A DNA stretch of 64,000 nucleotides from NCBI RefSeq assembly GCF_000315625.1, contig NW_005434567.1:143515-207514 (forward strand), given 5' to 3'. This DNA comes from Guillardia theta CCMP2712. Lineage: Eukaryota; Protista; Cryptophyta. Both the position numbers and the translations under genes were made by a program. The notes under the pieces were generated by a model. The model made no database searches. It was not told the origin of the DNA and worked only from the letters and a program-made list of their open reading frames with translations. Numbering within the stretch: position 1 is the first letter of the stretch; each line of letters opens with the position of its first letter. Below are positions 54,854-64,000 of this stretch, piece after piece.

Positions 54854-57298
54854 CTAGACCCGATAGCTCAAGGAGCGGGGAGAGAAATCTTGCGTCTCAG
54901 TGGACCTGGTTGAAGGTTTCTTGTGTTCGTCGTGATGCTCAGCTCCGTCGCTCTTGACAGGTTGAAACCTCCGGTCGTTGGCCTCGATGAATTGATCGGC
55001 GTACAAGTCTGGGAGGGCATGTGAGGAGGAGGCGAGGAAGAGGAGGGAGGCGGAACACACAAGAGAGAAGCAAGGTGGAGGAGGAGGGAGGGGGGGAGGG
55101 GAGGGGAGGAGGGGTATGACGAAGGTGAAGAGGAGAGCGAAGAAAAGAAGGAGCGATCCTCATGTGATTTTTGTTGCTTCCTCACCTGGTTTGATGGTTG
55201 AGATCGGCTTTGGAGCGAAGAGATACTTGATGACATGCGCAACCTTCTTGCCGAACGTCCAGCCCTGTGACGATGCTGAGATGATGATGGAGACGACAAG
55301 AGGAGGAGGAGCTGCAGCAGGAAGAGGAGGAGCAGGGGAAGGGGCAGGAGCACAAAGTGCAGTAAGAATAGGAGGAGCAGGAGGAGGAGGAGCAGGAGGA
55401 CTGACCTGGAGGAAGTCGATAATCCCAATGTAGTATGCTCTCTGTATCCCTCCCTCCTCCACCACGTAGGGCTGGCCCGCGATACCACCAGGGGGAAAGG
55501 AAGGGGAGCCGCTCTCATGGCGACAGTCGCGCTCGATGACGCCAACAATGAGCGAGTAGTCCATCAGGCCGGAGGCCTTGAGAACTTTGACGTCCTCCCT
55601 TGCCGCCTCCACCACGTGCCTGCAGTCTTGGGGGAGGAGGTTGAAGACAACCTGCCTTGACTTGGTCTTGCCTTGCTTGTAGCGGATGCGAGAGGACGGG
55701 AGGATACAGTCGCAGAGGCCCTCGGAGACTAGCCAGTGCACCATAAACCACCTCTTGTGGACCTGCGGAATTGACTCGCCTTTCTGAGGGAGGAGGAGGG
55801 TGAGTGAGAGGTGCAGGAGAGCAGGGAGGGAGTGGAGGGGAAGATGAGCAATGGAGGGCTGGAGAGCACGAAGGGAGGAGAGGAGAAGATGAAAAGGAGA
55901 GAAGCAGAGAGGAGGGGGAGAGGAGCAAAAGAGCAGAGAAGAGGAGGAGAAGAGAAAAGGAGGACGACGACGAGGAGGAGGAGAGGAAGAGAGGAGGAGG
56001 AGGAGGAGAGGAGAAGAAGAGGAGGAGGGCAGTCAACGTCAAGGTCACCTCACGGATGATCTTGTCGTCTGCGCAGCCTTTAAGATCGAAGACGGTATGC
56101 AGCTTCTCAGGAGGGAATATGCTGGACATGACCACGTAATTCCTCTTGTCCTTGGGCCTGTCAAGCCGCTGAAGTGTTAGAGAGGAGGGGGAAAGAGGGA
56201 GGCGTGGGGAGGGAGGAAGAGGAGGGTGGAGGTAGGAGAAGGTGGAGGGTGGAAGGAGGAGGTTCGAGATAGGAGGTAGGAATTAGGAGGTAGGAGGGGT
56301 ACGAAGAAGGAGGCGGGAGGCGGGAGGGGGGAGGAGACCTATAAAAGTGGAAATAAATCCTGGCCAGCAGCGATGCCCTCCCGTGTCCCTACCAGCCGGG
56401 TCAGAGCAGAGCCCTTGCATACAGCAATGTCGTCGTGGTCGGTATCATAATCAGCATAGTTGTCATGATTGACATCTTCGCTACCGACAACCATAAACAC
56501 AACCACACCACCAACATCTCCATCATCGTCTCCATTGCCATCATCATCACCGCCGCCGCCGCCGCCGCCGCCACAAACCTGCAGGATTCGATTGCAGTAC
56601 GCTTCGAAGTGCTCGCACAAGGAATCATGGTCATCTTTGCTCAGCTGTTTCACCTGAGAGTTGCACATTCAGCAGCCACCCAACAAATCTACCTCAACAA
56701 GGATCTTCATGATTGAGTGCAGGTTTCCCATACTACGTGAACATCACCATCTAATTCAAACATATGCCCCCTCCCTAAGAACTTCGGTCTCGACTTCTCC
56801 TGCTCCTGCTCCTGCTCCTGCCCCTGCTCCTGCTCCTGCTCCTGCTCCTGCTATGCAAGGGCTCACCAAGAGGGCGCCATCCCTTGTGAACTGCATGAGG
56901 GAACCTCCCTTGCCTCCTCCGGCATTGAGCTCCAAGAAGGAGAAGCTGTCTTCGGAGAGCGACGTCGGTCTGACTCCCATCTGATCTCTGATCTTGACAA
57001 AGTGCTTGTCATTGTAAAGGCTCACTTCCTCTCCGCCGATCTTCACTTTCTCCATCCCAGTCGAAGGCATCCTGCCTATCAACGACCGTGCTGGGTGAAA
57101 GTGGGGGGGGTTGAAGCTCGAGCAGATCCCAAGACAGACGGAAGTGCAGAGAAGGAACAGGAAGAGCTCGGACGCTGTCCTCGGCAACAGCGAGCAACGC
57201 TGTCTGCTGCTTCGCCTAGTCACGATATCGTTGATTTCCTCTAGCGCTGGCCTTGACCCCTTGCGATCAGCACCATCCTTGCCCACCATGTCCCCCAT
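54854..57298 (-). CDS. Phosphatidylinositol phosphate kinase (PIPK family), multi-exon
   Basis: FVKIRDQMGV; GGKGGSLMQFTRDGALL|VKQL; SLLARIY; FDLKG; DVKVLKASGLMDYSLIVGV; YYIGIIDFLQ|GWTFGKKVAHVIK..ISTIKP|DLYADQF. Both termini are uncertain; the gene may extend to about 54200. Confidence 0.85.
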
Positions 57299-58249
57299 TG
57301 CACATTGCGATCATATTCTGCAAGAGAGCAAGGTCAGTCACGCATCCACACCCCAGAGACCTCCTCCTCCCTCATCCAATCCCTAATGGCTCGGCAACTG
57401 GCACGGTTGTACAATTCCTGTCCTGACCTCCACCATACCTCTTCTTGCACTGTTTCCCTTCTGTGCACTGACCAAAATTCTTCTGCTCCAAATGAACCAA
57501 TCAACGCCTTCCTCTCCCTGCCCTCATCTCCGCGTATTCCCTGAAATGTCGACTCATCCTTTGACGGTCCTACTTTACAGCTTGAACTCGCCCCACAAGA
57601 CGGCTCAGCAGGTGGATCATCCTATCAGCTACCATGAAGAGCAGGATCAAGTGTCTGGCTAGTCCTGATAAGGGGGGGGGACGGAGGAGCGGGATAGGCT
57701 TGCTTCCAGTACAGGCCCAATACAACCAGTGTTCACGTGCTGAGCAAGTTAACGAATCGGGAAAGGGGATACGTGGGTAGGAGGGAGACGCCGTATGGGA
57801 GGCCTTGGCAACTGCGACTGAGTACACGTGCGAGAGACTACAGTGTGGCATGGCACAGAGCAGGAAGCGGGAGCGGAGCGGAGCGGAGCGGAGCGGAGGA
57901 GGGGGAGCAGAGGAGAGGACAGCGAGGTGAGCATGGAAAGGGCGGAGGAGCGGAGCAGGGGAGTAGACTTTTAGTCAACACCGGGACACTTTTATTATTT
58001 ACCTGGGGGGCCTCTTATTTACTCAAAGTTAAGTTAAATTAGAGTCAGGAAGAGTTAATAGTGGTAGCAATAATTTTGTTGAGTAATAAACCTTTTAACT
58101 TTTTTAAAAAAGGCGATTTTTATACTGTTCAGGTTGATGGCATCATGACGAGGAAGAGGAGCAGGAGCAGGAGCAGGAGCAAGGCTGTGAAGGCGAGAAG
58201 GACAAAGAGGGATACGAATGAGGCAGAGCATCGGAGTCTGGCCAAGGAG

Positions 58250-59294
58250 AAGCTAAGATGAGGAGATCTGCACGTAAGGAAGGCATGTAGGACTCAACGG
58301 GTGTGGGCAGGGGCATCAAGGGAGTGGAAGAGGAAGGGGAAGGGGGGATGAAGGGGTCTGCTGCCATCCTCTTTGGTTTGAGAAGAACAGCCAATCCTTC
58401 CCCCAGTCTTGCAGTCAGCATCTATAAGCACTCATTGCAATCTCATTCCGTGCCGCGGCCTGTTCGTGCTCAACCTCTTATCAAGGTGTCCAAAATCCTT
58501 TGCAGACAGGTGACGATACTTTCCCGGTGGTCAGTTAGGGTCATTATGTGCTGGAACGCTCTTTCGAGCAAATTGCCCATGTTCCCCGATCTACTCTGTT
58601 TGGTGCGAGAACACTGCAGGGCACACGAGTATAGAGAAGAGAAGACCGAGGTAGAGGGAAGGAGGGAATATCGAACACAAGAACCAACATCATTGGGTGT
58701 GAGAGAACTTGCATGATGACAGCTTGATGGTAGTCTGTATGCCAGATTAAGGCAAGTGACAATGTAGGGAATCAACAGCTGCATTCCTCGCCTCATCCTT
58801 GCCATGAGCATGCACATTATCTGTTGGGCTTATCAGCTCTTGCGTCGGCTTGACCGGCAATTTCAAGGAGTAGACGAGCGGACAAGTATCAAACCTTCCG
58901 CACGGTGCTGCTGAAAGCTCGTCTTATAAGCCGACATGCCAACTTGATGCTTGTCCTTCCTGTTCAGTTTCAATCCTTAGCATCATGTTTCTTTTCCAAA
59001 GCACGCTTGGATCAGTAGCGTGTCCAAGCTCTATTACGATCAGTACTCGACTTTTTTCTGTTTCCCAGATCATCTGATTCCACCTGATGCGAAGGAGAAC
59101 TGGCTGTTGTTGTTGCCCTTGCAGCGAATGTAGAAGCCGAAAGGCTGACCATCAGCTTTTCCCTCCTCACCCATGATCTCGTGAAGGGCATCGGCCCATG
59201 ATTGCAAAACTTGAACTGAGTCGGAGCATGACTCAGGGTCAAGACTTTGAGATCGGACAGACTCTCTGCTCCTATCTTTTACTTCTTTACTCAA
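58250..59294 (-). CDS. Possible multi-exon hypothetical gene
   Basis: Coding-like blocks (VLQSWADALHEIMGEEGKADGQPFGFYIRC; LLERAFQHIMTLTDHRESIVTCLQRILDTL). Not resolved. Confidence 0.3.
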
Positions 59295-59923
59295 AGCTCC
59301 TTATCACCTGAGTTACACTGGTGAAAGGTTTCCGAGCCCACCGTCCGATCCTTGTGAAAAACCACCTGGTACCTGACGGGAGTCAGTGATTCTGCAAAGA
59401 CAGTTCCGAAGTTCTTTCCAGAAAATTCTGCCTTTTTCCATATTCTATATACAGCTCGGAGGCGGGCTTTTGCGTAGTAATAATGTGCTCGATTATGAGT
59501 TAACCCTTTTTAAACGGGTACTAGGTCATGAGGGGTCATGGATGCTGACTCCAGAGGGGGTAGGGGGGTCATGGGTGGCTCGACATTGGTAGGACATGAG
59601 GGGCGATGATGGCTTTACAAAGGTTTTTTAAGATACGTGACAAGGAGAATTTAAAACTCAAAAGTCATGATCTGATGATATTTTAAGACATAAATTAATT
59701 TAGAACTGTGATTAAAATGATTTTTTAACAGGCACCCTTGTGGCAGCACCCAACACCTCAACCAAGGACCCCTTATTTTGAGTGGTAAAAGTACCGGTAT
59801 ATTTACAGCTTAACCCACACCGGACCCATGTCAGCGATTACCTCAAGGAAGTCTACCCCTACCCCCTATCATGACACAACCTCCTATAGTACCCCACCCC
59901 CTCTGGTCATGTGGATCGGCCTC

Positions 59924-59930
59924 TATAAAT
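59924..59930 (+). promoter_or_regulatory. TATA-box-like element (TATAAAT)
   Basis: About 30 bp upstream of the SelW-like ATG at 59962. Confidence 0.45.
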
Positions 59931-59961
59931 ACAGGGTTGAAGTGAAGACAGATTAGACACA

Positions 59962-60777
59962 ATGGGGTAAGGCCATGTTTAGAGAGCGACGGCGATGACG
60001 GAGGAGGAGGAGATGGAGATGGAGATGATGATGATGATGGAGACGATGATGATGGAGACGATGATGATGGAGAAGATGATGATGGAGATGATGATGATGG
60101 AGATGATGATTCTGGATTGTGAAGATGGAGATGATGGATGAGGGGGGTTTCATTGATCGATCCTGACTTCTAGCTCGTTTGCAGAAAGGTTGTATTGCAA
60201 GTTACACATTCAGGCTGCTGAGGTTACGCTCGACAAGTCCGATGTGAGTGTGTAGGAGGAGGAGGAGGAGGAGGAGGAGGAGGATTTCTTATCAATTGAT
60301 CTCCTCCCACTGCTCAACCCCTTGATTTTGCTGTTTTTGACTTGGCGGTGCAGTGCTGCGGGAGGCAATCCAGGACAAGTTTAAGGCAGGTGAGACTATC
60401 GTATTCTCCATGGTGCCCGAGGAGCTTCGAGGATCTGACTGCCTCTCCTGCTCAGCAGACGTCGAGTTCAAGGAGAAGAAGAGGCTCGACACCAACGGGT
60501 TCTTTGAGGTGGAAATCCTGGCTCCTGCAGAGCATCGTAAGCTCCTGCACTCGATGCGGGCTGGACAAGGTGAGGAGACCTCTCCTCTCCCCCACTTCCT
60601 CTTTCCTCCCCTCCTCTCTTCTGCTCTGCTCTGCTCGACACCTTCTCTTGCTTTCTCTTGCCCTCGGGATCTCCGTAGAAGGCGGCTGGGCAGCAGGTTG
60701 ACTTTTGGACAGGGTTCGTGAACACGGACGAGAAGCGAACTACGATCTTCACGGGCATTTCCATGGCGATGAAGTGA
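59962..60777 (+). CDS. Selenoprotein W-like (Rdx family) protein with in-frame TGA (Sec)
   Basis: Exons 59962-59966, 60185-60243, 60354-60389, 60459-60569, 60713-60777 give MGKVVLQVTHSGCUGYARQVRLLREAIQDKFKADVEFKEKKRLDTNGFFEVEILAPAEHRKLLHSMRAGQGFVNTDEKRTTIFTGISMAMK. This matches the SelW motifs UGY, GFFEV and LxHSxxxGxGxVxT. TGA at 60219-60221. Confidence 0.88.
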
Positions 60778-60807
60778 AGGAAGAGGATGGAGGAGGAAGA
60801 GGGGAGT

Positions 60808-60875
60808 GAGAGCTCATGATGACGAGCCGTGCTGAAACCTCGCAAGAGGAGGACGACTCTGAAAAGCAGCTTCTC
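60808..60875 (+). promoter_or_regulatory. SECIS element (form 2) in the 3' UTR
   Basis: ATGA at 60819; helix GAGCCGTGCT/AGGACGACTC; unpaired AAA at 60835; mini-stem CCTC-GCAA-GAGG; TGAA at 60860; lower helix GAGAGCT/AGCTTCTC. Confidence 0.88.
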
Positions 60876-60920
60876 GCTTCCCCTTCCTCCCTCCCCACCT
60901 CCCTCTGTTCCGCTCTATCC

Positions 60921-62082
60921 TTAAAGTCGAGGAGGGGTCCCGCCTCCTGCCTTGACTATCTCCATGTACAGTCTTGTCTTCGTTAGAATGTTGTTAATAA
61001 TCAAGTCTCTCATACTGTAAACTCGAAGCTTCGTTCTTCCTTCGACTACTGCTTCTGTTACAACGCTCTCCTCCTCCTCCTCCTCCTCCGCCTCCTCCTT
61101 CCTCTCTCCTCTTCTCCTCCTCCTCTTGTATCGGTAGCTAATGAGCTCTGCTCTTCCTCTCTCCCGTCCCTTTCCCTCCTCTCTGCGTCGAAGCTTCAGC
61201 CTGCTCCGACTCGCGCTCGGCGGCGAGGCCAGCAGCCCTTGAAGCACGATTCTTGATATGACCCTCTGCTGCCTCAAGTTCCGCGGCTCCTGCTCTTGCT
61301 CCAGCGCCAACAACTGCTGCTGCTCCCGCTCCCGCTCGTGCTGCTCCCGCTCCTGCTCCCGCCCCTGCTCCTGTGGCTGCTGCTGCTGAAGCTGCTGCTG
61401 CCGCCGCTTCGGCTCCTGCACCTCGTGCTCCTGATGACAGTCCAGCTGAAAGCCGAGCACTAGCCCCAGCTGTCGCTGAGCCTCCTTCCGCCATCCTCGT
61501 GCTTGGCTGCTGCTGCCTTGCTCCCATGGATCGCAGAGACTGCACCACTCCCTCCGTCGCCGCAGCTCGCGAGCGCACTCCAACAGCCGCCTCCTCTCCT
61601 CTGCTCCCTGAAGCAGCGGGCAAGGATGACTCCCTTCCCCTCCTCGCCATCGCAACCAACGCCTGGTTCCTCTCCTCGCTGTCTCCTGCTGCTCCTGCTG
61701 CTCCTGCTGCTCCTGTCGTCTTCTCCTCCTGGCGTTGGAGGCGACCAGTGAGGGACTCGTGATCCCTTGCTCGCGTCGCCATCTTGTGGAGCTCGCCCTG
61801 CGCATGGCCGTCTCCTCCCTCCTCCTCAATCCTCTCACCCTGCCCTTCGGCAGACTCCTTGCTGGGCAGTAGGGCAGCCTCCATCGCAGACCGAGGAGGA
61901 GCGAGAGTGAGTCCATCGTGGGGGTCCCCTACGGTAAGTGAGACCGGTCCTGTATCCTCCAGCCACTGAGTTCTCACCGACAGTGAAGGAGATGTCGAAG
62001 ACAACAAAAGGAGCACCTTGGTCCTACAGGAAACAAGCTTGACCCCATTCCCCTTGCCCCCTGCCTCCCCATCCCCAGCCAT
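60921..62082 (-). CDS. Hypothetical low-complexity Ala/Gly/Glu-rich protein; frame and exons unresolved
   Basis: Two overlapping long minus-strand ORFs. The block SVVTEAVVEGRTKLRVYSMRDLIINNILTKTRLYMEIVK looks like a real terminal exon. Confidence 0.35.
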
Positions 62083-62752
62083 GTCCTCAGCCTTGCATGT
62101 GCTGATTCATCTCCCTTCCCTTCCTCCCCCTCGCTCCCTCCTGCCCCCTTCCCCATCCTTTCTCCTCTACCTCCTCGACCTTTTCTCTCTCCCTCCCCCT
62201 CCCTCCCTCCCTCCCTCCCTCCCTCTCTTGCTGTTTCATTGCTCTGCTTCTCTCTACCTTCAACGTCCTGAAGCGTAGGTAGCGAATGTAAAGCGGCGGA
62301 GTGAGAATGCCTAGAGCCAGCCACTGAAGTCACGAAGAACGCGAAACAAGAAGAGGGAGAGGGAGACAAGAGGGGAGGAAGAGCGAAGAAGAGAGAGGTA
62401 GAGGCAGGGGAAGGGGCAGAGGCAGAGAGAGAGCGGGAGGCAGGCGGGCAGGGAGGGAGGGAGGGAGGGAAGGGAGGGAGGGAGGNNNNNNNNNNNNNNN
62501 NNNNNNNNNNNNNNNNNNNNNNNNNNNNNNNNNNNNNNNNNNNNNNNNNNNNNNNNNNNNNNNNNNNNNNNNNNNNNNNNNNNNNNNNNTGTGATAGTTG
62601 GACATGTGCTTGTGTTGCTGACTTAGCACTGTTGGATTCTACCGAATCACACTCAGATAGATTCATTTCATGATCAAGACAAACTCGGATAGATGCATTG
62701 AAGTTTACGATCAGGACTGGTGCAGACAGTGTGAGCATGTTTCACGGGATGA

Positions 62753-63280
62753 TTGTGTGAAGATACAGAAGCGAAGATGGGTTCAATGCCAAGCTCTGTC
62801 GCCGGGAATTCATGGCGACGACTGTCTGTCATTTTCGATGCTAAGTGGCCTAAGAAAGAACCCGACCCAAACAGGGCAGTCATTCTCGCAGAGAGAGACT
62901 ATCACTTCATGCCTAACAACGCTATCCTTACCTACTTCCGCACGGACTGGTACGAGCAGCTTATGGATGACACTCCTCAAAAAACTCCTGAGGTGCAGAC
63001 TGACGAACAATCGTCCAGCACGGACTCATCCTTGTTCGATGAAAGTGTGCAGGAAAAAGTAGGGACTCGAGTAATCTTGTCCTCCAAGGAGGGGGTTATC
63101 AAGGTATATGAGTCTCAAGCAAAGCAGCTGATGCATCCAAGTGGAGTGAAAATGACCCTACGCAAGACAATTGACGCGCATACATGTCCTGTGGTTGGGC
63201 TGGGAGTAACTCTAGATGGGAAAAGAGCTATTTCCACAGATCAAAATGGAAGGTTTGCCATTTGGGATCTCAAGCGAGTG
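62753..63280 (+). CDS. WD40-repeat-containing gene segment
   Basis: LSSKEGVIKVYE and TIDAHTCPVVGLGVTLDGKRAISTDQNGRFAIWDLK. Follows an assembly gap; true ends unknown. Confidence 0.55.
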
Positions 63281-63457
63281 AGGAGGGAGGGAGGGAGGGA
63301 GGAGTGCATGAGATACCTGACGACTGGCTGTTGGGCTTCTCGAGCACATGTTTCCATGCTTCCGCAAGAGCTTCCGATAGATCGTAGGTGTACTGCAATG
63401 GGTGAGAAAGAGGAAGGGAAGGTTGAAGGAGCGGGAGCGGGAGTGGGAGCAGGAGCG

Positions 63458-63489
<32 letters not shown>

Positions 63490-64000
63490 GGCAGGGGCAG
63501 CAGCAGGGGCAGGGGCAGGGGCAGGAGCAGGAGCAGCAGATCACCGAGTAGACAGCCTCTTCCCTCCAGGTCTTCATCTTCGACACATGGGGAGTTGCAA
63601 GCACTGGAGGGAAACGTCATCCTCCGCCCATTCCTCTCCTCCGCACTTCTTCCTCCCCTCCCCTCCCCTCCCCTCCCTTCCTCTTTCTCTTCCCTCCACT
63701 CTCCCCTTCCTGGCTACTCTATCAGGAGAGTTAGGTAGCAGATTGGTGCACTATACTGCCATAATTTGTTGTAAATGTCTTTTCTCTCGGTTTTATTGTT
63801 TGCTTATTCCTTTTTCCTTTTCCTTACCTCATGATATTAGTTCTGATCTCCGTTGAATATCTCCTTGATTTTCTTTGTTTGTTTTTTTATGTATTTAACG
63901 TTCATGATTCCATCTTGTTTGAAGGTGGTATTCGTTAATCCATTGCATGTGTATGATGTTGTCCTCTTGATCTTAAGATGTCTTCTTTAGTCGGCTTCAT

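Noticed and set aside
60353-60721. 122-aa ORF as a standalone gene
   Set aside because: It is the middle of the spliced SelW-like gene with introns read through.

Overview
Eukaryotic nuclear DNA rich in introns (GT-AG introns full of GGA/TCC runs, three ~100-N gaps). The signal-peptide starch synthase, RWP-RK gene and composition point to a cryptophyte alga, Hanusia/Guillardia-like (inference). I reconstructed the genes by hand across introns. Identified genes: an RWP-RK transcription factor; a MIT/calpain-7-like protein lacking all three catalytic residues; a 4EHP-like eIF4E with a signal peptide and no cap-stacking tryptophans; a cluster of four small tail-anchored proteins, three of them near-identical and in alternating orientation; a GT5 starch synthase; a pepsin-family aspartic protease; a SET-domain (LSMT-like) methyltransferase; a 1,515-aa intronless Cys-rich surface protein built from near-identical repeats; a GT11 fucosyltransferase; a PIP kinase; a selenoprotein W-like gene; and a WD40 fragment. 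Top findings: (1) the aspartic protease is circularly permuted, with the normally N-terminal IG-P-Q...DTGSS catalytic segment placed after the normal C-terminal strand; (2) the SelW-like gene, which the ORF track captures only as a fragment, has an in-frame TGA in an atypical S-G-C-U motif and a well-formed SECIS; (3) GC-rich and GGGT/ACCC-skewed islands sit upstream of genes, and copies of one dispersed repeat inside them differ by short GC-rich insertions. An intact MITE with 23-bp TIRs and a TCA target duplication is also present.
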